64,000 bases of DNA from Zygnema circumcarinatum SAG 698-1b. Its lineage: Eukaryota; Plantae; Zygnematophyceae. Shown here in pieces: positions 50,701-62,919 of the stretch. The stretch is taken from the NCBI GenBank assembly GCA_037447605.1, contig CM074817.1, positions 2,294,001 through 2,358,000 on the forward strand. The letters run 5' to 3'. Position 1 is the first letter of the stretch; each line of letters opens with the position of its first letter. The notes beneath the pieces were generated by a model that saw nothing but the letters and a program-made list of their open reading frames with translations, was not told the DNA's origin and did not search any database. The translations under genes were made by a program, and so were the position numbers.

Positions 50701-53700
50701 TGGCAGTTTAACTGTTAACTGTTAACTGTTGGCAGTTTAACTGAAGAGTTCTTGCTGATGCTAAAGGCTTCGCATGGAACACAGGGATGGGAGACGTTCA
50801 GTTTCAGGGGAAGGTGCTGTCTTGAATGTGTGTGTGTATGTGTTGAGGGGGGCTGAATCGAGACGGGGATGTGAAAGGTATTAAGAAGGAACAGAGAGAG
50901 AGGGAAGGAGAGGGAAGGTGGGGAGGGAGGACCGATGGAGAGAGAGAGAGGGAGTGATGATAGGGAGAGAGAGAAGGCGAGGAGGTATAAAGAAGGAACA
51001 GAGAGAGAGAGAAGAAAAGCGGGTGAGGGAGGACCAAGAGAGAGAGGGCGAAGAGTATTAAGAAGAAACAGCGAGAGAGTGGGAGGTGAGGAAGGACCAA
51101 AAGAGAGAGAGAGTGAGAGTGATGATAGAGAGAGAGAGAGAGAGCGCACCTCGTATCCCCCCTCCCTGAGCACTTTGAGCGCGGCCGTGTCCAGGATGTT
51201 CGCCAGCTGCGCCCCGCTCATTCCGTCGGTCACGGCCGCCACCGCGCCGTACTCGACCTCCGCCGCCATCGGCTTGTCGCGCCCGTGGACCTGCCACATG
51301 CAACCACATGCCACGTCACACATGCCACGTCACACATGNNNNNNNNNNAGAGAGAGAGAGAGATAGGTGAGAGAGAGATAGAGATAGGTGAGAGAGAGAT
51401 AGAGATAGGTGAGAGGGAGATAGAGATAGGTGAGAGAAAGATAGAGATAGGTGAAAGAGAGATAGAGAGTGGTGATTTAGAGACAGGTGAGAAAGAGATA
51501 GGTGCGGGAGAGATAGGTGAGAGAAAGATAAAGTCAAGCGAAGTCAAACAAAGTCAAGATAAGTCACCGCCATTGGAACGCACTACAAATCTCACTACTC
51601 TACGAAAGGTGGCTGAAAAAAAAAAGGGGCGAAAAAAGGTTGCGAGTAATGACTTGTCGGTTGTGACTGGTGATTTCAAACCATTTTTTCAGTGCACTAT
51701 GAACCAACATCAAACTTTTCTAGAAAAAATTTCACAAAATTGAGCCCTCTCAACCATTCCTTTCCGGGTAATTGCTTCTCATTTGTCCAGTAAGCAAGCC
51801 AATATTTTTCAGTATACAGCTTCAAAAGCTCAAAAGAGTGAGGGAGCCTTCCTGCTGTTTTCCAACTTCAGATGTTGAGAAGGTTCCAATCGGCCCTTAA
51901 CCCTAACTTTTGATAAAGTTAACGGCTTAATAGAGGGCCTACCTCCTCCCGTCCGTACCACAGCTCGTCCGCTACCATGGGCGCCAGCTGTACCGCGATA
52001 AAGTCAAGGAAGCCCTGTTGGGAGAGACTCCCTAACAGCACCGCCGCTCTCTCCCCTCTCAAACGGAGTGATCCCTTCTCCTCTCCCATGCGAGGTAGGA
52101 TAGAGACCTGTTCTCCCACCCAGAGAGATGGCAGCGTCATGGGACTGCTCTCCTCAACGTATACCTCTCTCTCTCCCTCTCTCTCTCTCTTTCTCTGTCT
52201 TTGTGTATCTCTCCTTCCATTCTCCCCTACCGCACCGACTTTCCATCTCCCTCCGTTTCCACCACTCTGTCCATCCTCTTCTTCCCTCCCCCTTCCCTTC
52301 CCCTCTCACTGTTCCTCTCCCTCTCCCTCCCTCTGCATTTCCCTCGTCCACCTCCCCCTCCCTTCCTCCCTTACCCTCGCCCTCCCTCCCCCTCCTCTCC
52401 TTCCCCATCTCCAACACACACTCCCTTATACTACACACCTTCCACACCTTCCTTTATCCCTCCTTTCACTTTCCCCCCACCTCACTTCATGGAAGTTTTA
52501 GGGTTTGCATTGTGACCATCTGAATGTCGTCAAGATCGGGGTAGCCCCACGAGACTGCCACGAGGGCCGCCTCGTTGAGTGCGAGTTGGCGGTCTCTCTC
52601 TAAGCTTCTCCCGTGCGTGTTGGGGAACCCTCCCTCCTCGACCATGGCGGCCTCCAAGAGGTCGTCCGTGGTCACTGTGCAGTTCAAGGGTTGGCAGTTT
52701 AACTGTTAACTGTTAACTGTTGGCAGTTTAACTGAAGAGTTCTTGCTGATGCTAAAGGCTTCGCATGGAACACAGGGATGGGAGACGTTCAGTTTCAGGG
52801 GAAGGTGCTGTCTTGAATGTGTGTGTGTATGTGTTGAGGGGGGCTGAATCGAGACGGGGATGTGAAAGGTATTAAGAAGGAACAGAGAGAGAGGGAAGGA
52901 GAGGGAAGGTGGGGAGGGAGGACCGATGGAGAGAGAGAGAGGGAGTGATGATAGGGAGAGAGAGAAGGCGAGGAGGTATAAAGAAGGAACAGAGAGAGAG
53001 AGAAGAAAAGCGGGTGAGGGAGGACCAAGAGAGAGAGGGCGAAGAGTATTAAGAAGAAACAGCGAGAGAGTGGGAGGTGAGGAAGGACCAAAAGAGAGAG
53101 AGAGTGAGAGTGATGATAGAGAGAGAGAGAGAGAGCGCACCTCGTATCCCCCCTCCCTGAGCACTTTGAGCGCGGCCGTGTCCAGGATGTTCGCCAGCTG
53201 CGCCCCGCTCATTCCGTCGGTCACGGCCGCCACCGCGCCGTACTCGACCTCCGCCGCCATCGGCTTGTCGCGCCCGTGGACCTGCCACATGCAACCACAT
53301 GCCACGTCACACATGCCACGTCACACATGNNNNNNNNNNCTCTCTCTCTCCCTCTCTCCCTCTCTCCCTCTCTCCCACTCTCCCACTCTCCCTCTCTCCC
53401 CCTCTCCCTCCCTCTCCCTCTCTCCCTCTCCCTCTCTCTCTCTCTCACCTGATTAAGCGTCGCATCACGCTCCTGTCCTCCCGATCCGGGTGTGAGCCCT
53501 CTCTCTCTCCCTACCGCATCGAGCTCGTCTATAAAGACAACAGCGGGAGCATTCTCCCTCGCCTCATTGTATAGTGCTCTCACTCGGGAGGCCCCCACTC
53601 CCACATAGATTTCCACAAACTGTGATGCAGAAATAGAGAAAAAATTCACTCCCGCCTCTCCCGCCACCGCCTTCGCCAGCAAAGTTTTTCCGGTGCCCGG

Positions 53701-56700
53701 CTCTCCACAAAGTAAAATTCCCGACGGAATTTTGCTGCCCCTTCTCCGATATTTTTCCGCTGCCGTGAAAAAATCGACAATTTCTTCGAGTTCTCGGCGA
53801 ATTTCGCCCAATCCCGCCACGTCAGAAAATCGAACTTCCGCGCTGAGGTCGAGAAATTGAGGAGGACGATTTTTCTGCAGAGACACAAAAATCAACATCA
53901 CATTAATCAAAGTAGATTGTCGTCGCCGACTACCGCTCTACCGCACACGGTATTCCTGCTTTCTGCACCATCTCTTCCATCTCTCCGCCTCCTGTTCTCC
54001 TCACCTCCTCCTATCCTTCCTATCTCCTATCTTTCATCTCTTCTCTCCTCCCTTCTCTCCTACTCTCTTCTCTCCTCTCTCCCTCTCCTCTCTTCAGCAG
54101 GCACATGCCACCCTCGCCCTCTCCCTCTCCCTCTCCCCCTCTCTGGGAACCTACCACTCCCTCCTCCTCCTCAACACATACCCACCCATCTCCCTCGACC
54201 TTTCCCTCTCAACCCACCCCTCCTCTGCCTCTCCCTCTCCCTCTTAACATAACCCTCTCCCTCTCCCTTCCTCCCAACGTATCCCTCCTCTTCATCTCCC
54301 TCTCAACGAATCCCACTCCCTCTGTCCCTGCCACTCCCTGTCACTCTCAACCTAACCCCTTCTCCCTCTCCCTCTCAACCCACCCCTCTACCTCTCCCTC
54401 TCAACGAACCCCCTCCCTCTCCCTCTCAACCCACCCCTCCACCTCTCCCTCTCACCGAACCCCACTCCCTCTGTCCCACCCACTCCACCCCTTCTCCCGC
54501 TCCCTCTCAACACACCCCTCTACCTCTCCCTCTCAACGAACCCCACTCCCTCTGTCCCACCCACTCCACCCCTTCTCCCTCTCCCTCTCAACACACCCCT
54601 CTACCTCTCCCTCTCAACGAACCCCACTCCCTCTGTCCCTCCCACTCCACCCCTTCTCCCTCTCCCTCTCAACACACCCCTCTACCTCTCCCTCTCAACG
54701 AACCCCACTCCCTCTATCCCTCCCACTCCACCCCTTCTCCCTCTCCCTCTCAACACACCCCTCTACCTCTCCCTCTCAACGTACCCCTCCTCTCCCTCTC
54801 CGGACGGAGGCCCCTGAGCGCATAAACTTGCGACTGGCGGCGAGCATTGGGTTCTTCTCCTCCTCCTTCCTCAGAGCCTCACTCTCTGCCTCCGTCAGAT
54901 CTCTTCTCCCTTTGAACTCCGCCACCTCCTCCGTCATTGTCATCTCCTCCTCCCACTCCTTCAGCTTCCGACGTTCCTCCTCCTCCTCCTGCACCCATAC
55001 TCAACATTTCCGATGAAGGATATATAAAGGTTGTAAGGTTTGGTGGGGGCGGGGGGGGGGGTCGAGAGAGAAAGAGAGAGAGAGGGAGGGAGAGAGAGGG
55101 AGGGGGAAGGGGCGTGAGATGCACTGGATTCAAAAAGCTGCCTAACTCACACAAGAGAGAGAGAGAGAAAGGGAGAAAGGGAGAGGTGGGGAGGGGGGAG
55201 AGGGAAGGGAGAAGGGGGAGGTGGACGAGGGGGAGAGGGAAAATCGGAAAAGACATTAGCACACATATTTTCTTCAGTTTGCAATGGGTGTGAACGGGTG
55301 CAAAGGGTGTGTGTTCCTAGTGTGAACAAAATCCTAGAATTGACCACTCCAATGAGAACATCATCCACAAAAAGCATTAAAACGCAATAAACTATAGACG
55401 GTTTGGTTCACATATAATACGTTTACGAAAAAAATTGGAGAAACAAACCATCTAACACTCAAATTTTAAACCAATCTTTCTAAAGGAGAGTCAAAATTGG
55501 GAGCCCAAGTCGTCTCACCCTCCGCAGTTTGACTCGATCTTCGTAATCCTTCCTCCTCTTCTTGATGTTGACCACCACTCCGAAGTAAAAGAGGAAGAAA
55601 AACAAAACTCCGAGAAGGAAGCGCACAACTTCATTGTTTGCTGCCGTTGACCAAACCCGATTCCACCTTTCCTGACTCTCCACCTGACCCAAAAGGACAA
55701 GTAACAGCCCAGAGCCTAAGTCTCAGAGAGAGAGCGAGAGAGAGAGAGAGAGAGGGGGGGGAGAGAGAGAGAACACCGAGAAAAGGTAACTCATCCGAGA
55801 GCATCTACAATAACTCCCTTATGACCACTTGGAGCCTTTCCTCTATAGCCTTAGAGCTTCATCTACATAGCATTGAACATATGCCCAAGATAAAAAATAT
55901 ATATATACATGTAAAATTGCTAAGAAACCATAAACTCCACAATGTGGTGGTAATCCGAATTGCTCCTTACCGCTGCCCGCATTTGTTGGGCTCGAGCTGA
56001 ATCCTCTTCCGCCCACTTGGCCTGCCTGCCTTGTCTCACCTCCCTCTCTCTCTCTTGCCTAGCAAGTGCTTTTGCAGTTTCCTTTGCTTCCTTAGCCAAT
56101 CTCGCCTTCTCTGCCGCCTCCGCCTTCACCTTCTCCGCTCTCTCTCTCTTCGTCCTCCTCTCTCTCTCCACTCTCCCTGCCTCAATTTCCTTCTTTTTCA
56201 GCTCCAACATCCGAATTCTCTCCCTCATTTTGAGCTCCTCCTTCTCCTTTGCCGACAGCTTCTTTGGCGGTTTCGTCGCTTCCTTTGTTGCTTTGCCACC
56301 CGTTACCTTACTCCCTATCGCCTTTTCCGTTGCACGGGAACTGAACGGAAACGGAATCTTCTGGATCCATGTGAGAGATGGGCCCCAGTTCCCCCATGGG
56401 AGCATTTGGGGTTCGGGCGGCGGAGGTGTGAACGCATCAACGACGAGTTTGTCCAAGTTTTGGTCTTTCCATGCTTTCCAAAACCGTTCGTCCCGTTCAG
56501 CCGGCGGTAGAACTGTCTTCACGACTCGGTCATCAGATAAGACGACAAGGCAGGGGTCTGCCAAGTCCTGCATTTTCCCAAAAGCCGATTCTTCATCACT
56601 GAATGGATAGAATACTGAGTTGCACACAAAGACACACTTACTAAGTGGTAATTACTGAGAGTGAATTGTAAGTTGTTGGCTATGTATTGGTACGGTTAAG

Positions 56701-57891
56701 TTCGTTGCTTTGAGTGCACTAAGATGGGGTTGTTCTTGAGACGTAGCAGGAAAATTACGCTAGGAAGTGTATGCATTAATCTAGTTGATGATTGTATTCA
56801 TTAAACATCAATATCAATGGGCTTGACTCCTAGTCATCCGTACTTGTTACAGTATGCGTAATTTCTAGACAATTAATTTCAAGGAGAAAATAAAAGGAAA
56901 ATGTTCGTACCTGGAGCTTCGCTTTCGGGTGCTTCAAAATATACTTCAACTGCTCATTCTGCTTTAATTCCAGAACCTCTGTGTATGGAATAGTCTCTCT
57001 CACTACCGGCAAGTCCTGCGTCCACCTCCTCCTCTCCTCCAACTCCATCACCGCCTGCACCTTCTTTCCCTTCCTCGCCTCCCCTCTCCCACTGCCCTCA
57101 CTCCCTCTCCCTCCCTCCCCCTTCCCACTCTCCCCTTTCCCACTCTCTCCCTCATTCACTCTACCTCCGGCCTCCTCTCCCTCCTCTTTCTGCTTCGAAC
57201 TCCGACTGTCCCCAGAAATCCCCTTAGGACTGACTGCGTGAGAGGGGGCTTTTGGGCCCGGAGGAGAGGGAGGGCCCTGAACCCTCGAGGAGCTTTGAGG
57301 GGATCCCTGAACCCTAGCGGAACTCTGAGAGGAGCTCTGAACCCTAGAAGTTCCGCTTGAGCCCGGGACGGTGGAGGTTGTGGCAGTTCCGACGGCCACA
57401 ACGGAGGCCGCGTTTGCTGGAACGACAAACAGAGCAGTAACGAACATGGAAACGAATGTAAACCCCGCTAACCTTAACATGTCCTCGTTGAAACTACCGT
57501 TCCTATGCACGCTCTCAGTTTCAGGATCAGTTTCAGTTTGTTCTCCGGGGGCATTCAGCTCGGGAGGGTCAGAATTTAGAGAATTTCCAACCAGTGAAGC
57601 ACAGAAAGGGGTCGATAGAGGGCTTCTTGCATGCCAAAGATTTGGGTTAGGGTTTGAATGAAAGTAAGTTCTATAATTCGGATTCCTTTCTACACTTCTG
57701 AACCCCGGAAAAATCCCAGCCCTGTCAGCCAATCTGCTGCTGACACGTGTCTGCTTCCAATGCCTTATTCTGCTAACCCTAATTTTTCGTCGTCTGTCAA
57801 GAAGCTGCCAGCTGGCGCCTCCCTTGGAAATCCATGCCGGAGAAGACCTCAGGGAGGAAGGAAAAGAGGGAGCTCGGAGTCTGGCAGCCAT
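47786..57891 (-). CDS. FtsHi2: Protease-inactive FtsH-like AAA ATPase of the chloroplast envelope; exons 57891-56911, 56567-55971, 55683-55519, 54988-54785, 53874-53449, [exon missing in gap], 51290-51150, 50683-50525, 50112-49948, 48868-48680, 48079-47786
   Basis: Walker A GEPGTGKT, Walker [27 protein letters not shown] in place of HExx[24 protein letters not shown]; matches Arabidopsis FtsHi2 as recalled. Confidence 0.92.
48950..49520. repeat. About 20-bp minisatellite (GAGATAGAGATAGGTGAGAGA-like) in an FtsHi2 intron, interrupted by a 10-N gap
   Basis: GATAGGTGAGAG core repeated more than 20 times. Confidence 0.85.
49357..53329. other. About 2-kb tandem duplicate (about 49357-51338 vs 51349-53329) bounded by 10-N gaps; probable unmerged contig overlap
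   Basis: Near-identical copies, each ending CACACATG+N10; differences are small indels. Confidence 0.85.
54290..54783. repeat. 81-bp C-rich minisatellite in FtsHi2 intron 4
   Basis: CACACCCCTCTACC anchors at 54511, 54592, 54673 and 54754, with degenerate copies upstream. Confidence 0.85.
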
Positions 57892-59974
57892 GGCTGCCAC
57901 AGGGAGAGATTTGCGAACCGGCAAGGGAGAGAGAGCGCCATGAATTTTGCGGAGGGGGGACGAGAGAGTGTGAGAGAAAATGGGCGGAGGAGAGGGGAAA
58001 TGGGAGAGAGAGGGGAGGGAGGAGAGGTCATGCATTGAAGTGGTGGGAGGTAGGCAACCAGGTCCTACGGACATCGCTACATGTAGCGTCAGTTAGGGTT
58101 TTGGTTGAACGGAGAGTCTTCCTATGTTCGTCCTGGAGGGGTTAAATGATGCGCATGGAAAGGACAGTTGTCAGGCAAGTGGAAGAGGTGGATAAATTCA
58201 CCATGAAGTAGATGAAGAGGTCATAAACGGAAGGGAGGGAGGGAGAGAGGGAGAGAGAGAGAGAGAGGGGGGGTTGCGAGAAGAGAGGGAGAGAATAGGC
58301 GGGAGGGGGGGAGAGGGGAGAGAGAGGAGTGAGACAGGGAGAGAGTGGGAGAGAGAGAGAGGGAGAAAAGAAAGAAGGAAACAAGGGTTCAAATTCGGGG
58401 TTCACGGCTCGAGAAGAGAAGCGTTTAAAGGCAGAGTTTTGAGGAGACGGAGACGGGAGGAAGAGAGAGAGAGAGCAGCGCCACGCGGCAGCACGTGTTG
58501 ATGACACGTGGCAAGGCTCGGAGCTGCAAGACGACGCTCCGAGAAGCGCCACGTGGCGCTGTAAGGCGCGGAGGCGGGTCTCAGGCGCGGCGAGAGAGAG
58601 GGATGGGGGGGGGGGGGGGGGGGGGGGGGGGNNNNNNNNNNGAGGGAGGGCCCTGAACCCTCGAGGAGCTTTGAGGGGATCCCTGAACCCTAGCGGAACT
58701 CTGAGAGGAGCTCTGAACCCTAGAAGTTCCGCTTGAGCCCGGGACGGTGGAGGTTGTGGCAGTTCCGACGGCCACAACGGAGGCCGCGTTTGCTGGAACG
58801 ACAAACAGAGCAGTAACGAACATGGAAACGAATGTAAACCCCGCTAACCTTAACATGTCCTCGTTGAAACTACCGTTCCTATGCACGCTCTCAGTTTCAG
58901 GATCAGTTTCAGTTTGTTCTCCGGGGGCATTCAGCTCGGGAGGGTCAGAATTTAGAGAATTTCCAACCAGTGAAGCACAGAAAGGGGTCGATAGAGGGCT
59001 TCTTGCATGCCAAAGATTTGGGTTAGGGTTTGAATGAAAGTAAGTTCTATAATTCGGATTCCTTTCTACACTTCTGAACCCCGGAAAAATCCCAGCCCTG
59101 TCAGCCAATCTGCTGCTGACACGTGTCTGCTTCCAATGCCTTATTCTGCTAACCCTAATTTTTCGTCGTCTGTCAAGAAGCTGCCAGCTGGCGCCTCCCT
59201 TGGAAATCCATGCCGGAGAAGACCTCAGGGAGGAAGGAAAAGAGGGAGCTCGGAGTCTGGCAGCCATGGCTGCCACAGGGAGAGATTTGCGAACCGGCAA
59301 GGGAGAGAGAGCGCCATGAATTTTGCGGAGGGGGGACGAGAGAGTGTGAGAGAAAATGGGCGGAGGAGAGGGGAAATGGGAGAGAGAGGGGAGGGAGGAG
59401 AGGTCATGCATTGAAGTGGTGGGAGGTAGGCAACCAGGTCCTACGGACATCGCTACATGTAGCGTCAGTTAGGGTTTTGGTTGAACGGAGAGTCTTCCTA
59501 TGTTCGTCCTGGAGGGGTTAAATGATGCGCATGGAAAGGACAGTTGTCAGGCAAGTGGAAGAGGTGGATAAATTCACCATGAAGTAGATGAAGAGGTCAT
59601 AAACGGAAGGGAGGGAGGGAGAGAGGGAGAGAGAGAGAGAGAGGGGGGGTTGCGAGAAGAGAGGGAGAGAATAGGCGGGAGGGGGGGAGAGGGGAGAGAG
59701 AGGAGTGAGACAGGGAGAGAGTGGGAGAGAGAGAGAGGGAGAAAAGAAAGAAGGAAACAAGGGTTCAAATTCGGGGTTCACGGCTCGAGAAGAGAAGCGT
59801 TTAAAGGCAGAGTTTTGAGGAGACGGAGACGGGAGGAAGAGAGAGAGAGAGCAGCGCCACGCGGCAGCACGTGTTGATGACACGTGGCAAGGCTCGGAGC
59901 TGCAAGACGACGCTCCGAGAAGCGCCACGTGGCGCTGTAAGGCGCGGAGGCGGGTCTCAGGCGCGGCGAGAGAG

Positions 59975-60006
<32 letters not shown>

Positions 60007-60007
60007 G
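57266..60007. other. 1366-bp duplicate (57266-58631 vs 58642-60007) across a 10-N gap; copies the FtsHi2 5' end and promoter
   Basis: Identical ORF translations offset by 1376; junction at a poly-G run plus N10. Confidence 0.88.
58492..58560. promoter_or_regulatory. Three G-boxes upstream of FtsHi2, including GACACGTGGC and the 16-bp palindrome AGCGCCACGTGGCGCT (duplicated at +1376)
   Basis: CACGTG at 58492, 58505 and 58550. Confidence 0.5.
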
Positions 60008-60212
60008 GCCACGTGGCGCAGCGGATAGGCGCAGGATTAGGGTTTTGACCGGGGCCCACTTTTTGAAGGGCCGGAGGGCGGCCGGCGCCGGACGGGGGTG
60101 GGTCGTGGGAGCGAGCATGAAGGGGATGGGAAAGCTAGGAGCCGATTTGTTGAACATGCGCTGCGCAAACATGCGGACTCACACAGCAATATTGTACAAA
60201 TCTGTTGTTGTT

Positions 60213-60410
60213 GTTATTGTTATTGTTATTGTTATTGTTATTGTTATTGTTATTGTTATTGTTATTGTTATTGTTATTGTTATTGTTATTGTTATTGTTA
60301 TTGTTATTGTTATTGTTATTGTTATTGTTATTGTTATTGTTATTGTTATTGTTATTGTTATTGTTATTGTTATTGTTATTGTTATTGTTATTGTTATTGT
60401 TATTGTTATT
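60213..60410. repeat. (GTTATT)33 microsatellite
   Basis: Direct reading. Confidence 0.95.
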
Positions 60411-60803
60411 GTCATTGTTTATGACCGGCAAAACATATATTAGGTTGATCATCTCCATATCTTGCATGTAAATTTGTTGTCTTGAAAGAAAACGACTTAG
60501 AAATGCACGTGGCAGAGCTTTGTTCGTTTCTGAGTCAGAAAAAACAAACATTAACATTGACATAAGTTGGACATGCCCCAACGGCAGGGACAAAGGGACA
60601 TTGGAAGGGTGGGGAAGGGGGTGGGAATATATGGGGATATATCGGCTCCGGGTCCGAACAACTTTTCCATGTACCCTACTACCAATTAGGTTGAGAAATC
60701 GAACATTTTTTTACTTAATTGGTCAATGTTCAACTGAAAAACAGAAAAAAAAATCAGTTGAACGTTTGAATAGTCGAATCGAATGTTTTGAAACTTGAGA
60801 CAA

Positions 60804-60940
60804 TAGGGGGTGTCAGACTTAAAAATTGTTCGTAAGTTTGAGACCAGAACGAGTACTTCGGTGACATCGCAATCCTGGTGCGGCGGAGTACTTACAAAAC
60901 TTTTTTGTTCGTAAGATTTCGTTAAGTCTGACACCCCCTA
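60804..60940. mobile_element. 137-bp MITE-like element with perfect 19-bp terminal inverted repeats (may include a TA target duplication)
   Basis: TAGGGGGTGTCAGACTTAA (60804-60822) and TTAAGTCTGACACCCCCTA (60922-60940). Confidence 0.7.
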
Positions 60941-61036
60941 ATAGGGGGAGTCAGACCTTGACCATCGCCAAACCAATTTCGTAAGCCCGTCGAGCCAATT
61001 CCGCGTTGTACGGCAAGCCATGGCTACCCGCGCACG

Positions 61037-61285
61037 CATGCGATGCCATGCCATGCCATGCCCATGCCCTGCCCTTCCATGCGCTGCGCTGCCATGCCAT
61101 GCGCATGATGACATAATGACAACATCATGACGTCACGGGTCGCACCACGTCATCAGGGTTCCCTCGAGGTCGTGACGCGTGACACGTGGCCAAACATGTG
61201 TGATTTGGACACGTGGCTTTCTTTTGTGCAGCCACGTGTCATGACGTGAAAATCCGCGAACAGCGCTCGCCACGTCACGCGTACA
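61037..61285 (+). promoter_or_regulatory. ABRE/G-box, CE3-like and RY-like element cluster upstream of the LEA-like gene
   Basis: GACACGTGGC at 61181 and 61208, GCCACGTGTC at 61231, TGACGTCA at 61128, two ACGCGT, eight CATGC at 61037-61102. Confidence 0.6.
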
Positions 61286-61489
61286 AGAGGCGCCCCCGGG
61301 CCTGCAGGGGGGCGGCGGTCAATTTGCGAAGCGTCCCTGCTTTCCTCTCCCCGGCCGTTTCTTGGTATTGGGTTCAGGGTTTTTAGGGTTTTGCTTGCCA
61401 ATTTAGGGCTAGGAAGAAAGGGTGTGGTGGAGATAGGGAGGGTTCGACACGTGTCAGTAGGTTTAGGGTAGGCTTGGACGGCTGTAGCC

Positions 61490-62502
61490 ATGGCAGACTC
61501 GGCACAGATGGCGAGAGAGGGAGGGGAGGAGAGGGAGAGGGAGAGGGAGAGAGAGGCGCCGACGGGAGCGTACTTTGAGGAGGCACCGATATCGCGGGAG
61601 GATGTGGAGAAGGCGGGGGGATTTGGCGCCATGGATGAGCTCGGAGGCATGCATCCGGCAGCCATGGATGCCACTGATAGGGAGGAGGAGTTGCGGGAGT
61701 ACGAGGACCCAGCGAACGCGGACGCAGGTGAGCAGAAGCTTAAATTCTGGAATCTCTCCCCACTCCCTCTCCCTCTCCATCTCCCTCTCCCTCTCCCTCT
61801 CCTCTCCATGTCCCTCTCCCTTTCCTTCCCCCACTCCCTCTCCCTCTCCCACTCCCTCTTCCTCTCCCACTCCGTCTCGCTCTCCCACTTCCTCTCCCTC
61901 TCGCTCTCTCTTTCTCTCTCTCCCTCTCCCGCTCCCTCCCCGTCATTTTCTTCCTTTTTTAAATTATCCTGTAGTGCCATGGGTTTCTTACATGCATGAG
62001 AAAGATTAGTGGATGAATGCATCTCCACTCAAAAAGTAAGTTCATCCATTGAGAAGGCCATCAGTTGGCCTTAGAAAGGAATTTGTTAATTTCAATCATT
62101 TTCCAACCACAAAATTACAAGCTGAAACACCATTGAATCTTCATATCTCAATTATTCAGAGTGGGAAGGAAGAATATTCAAAAAGGCCCGAAAAATTCGC
62201 TGATGCTGCGTGTTTGGACTGCAGGCCTTGAGGGCCGAAAGCCTCATTTCGGCCTCGGATCAACCTTTGCCGCATCACCAGACGCTGAGATGCCGCATGT
62301 CTCCATGCCTGTCGGCTACGACGGACCGTTGTTCTCAACTGAAACTGTGGAGCAAGCGTTTGACGGCCTGAACAGCACATTTGTGCCCGGCGGAACGGAA
62401 ACTGAACTGGACGCGCCTGACCGCGGCGTAGATGGAGCGGCGGGCGGGGTCGGAGTGAGCGGACACAGGGGGAGGGGGGGCGGCCTGGGGATGGGGCCGT
62501 GA
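61490..62502 (+). CDS. Acidic, hydrophilic Gly-rich protein, 171 aa, LEA/seed-protein-like; exons 61490-61727 and 62225-62502
   Basis: GCCATGGC start, G|GTGAGC donor and TGCAG acceptor in phase 1. ISREDVEKAGGFGAMDELGGMHPAAMDATDREEELREY recalls a plant seed-expressed family (At5g66780-like, from memory). Confidence 0.7.
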
Positions 62503-62919
62503 GGGGGGGCACCGCCTGACTTCAAAGAGGGTTTAGGGTTTAGGGTTTGAAGGAAAGGAAGTGGCATGGAAGGGTGGGTGGGTTTGACGCTTCGTTGGGT
62601 TTGGGCTTCTGGGAGGGATACCGTACAATATGTACATTAGGGTTTTTCGGTTTGAGGGGTTTTTAGGTGTATATATTAGGGTTGGGGTGTTAGAGAGGAA
62701 ATGGGGGGTTCAGTGAAGTGTATGAGATGCAAGTGGTGCGCGACATGATTGGAATCCGTTGTTGAGCGTAGGGGTGTTTCTATGTACATTGTAAAACGGG
62801 AATCGTTTTCTGTGTTGGCTTTTTCGTGTGGGTTGTATGCAGTTATTTGGTTTCGTTCACACGTACAGTACGTACAAACTAGGAAAGCGATTTACAAAGA
62901 GGGAAAATGGCATTTATGA

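Noticed and set aside
57266-60007. A second FtsHi paralog or true tandem duplication
   Set aside because: Apparently identical copy starting abruptly after a 10-N gap at a poly-G run; typical unmerged contig overlap.
60098-60593. Poly-CY, poly-L, poly-VI and poly-N ORFs
   Set aside because: Frames of the (GTTATT)33 microsatellite.
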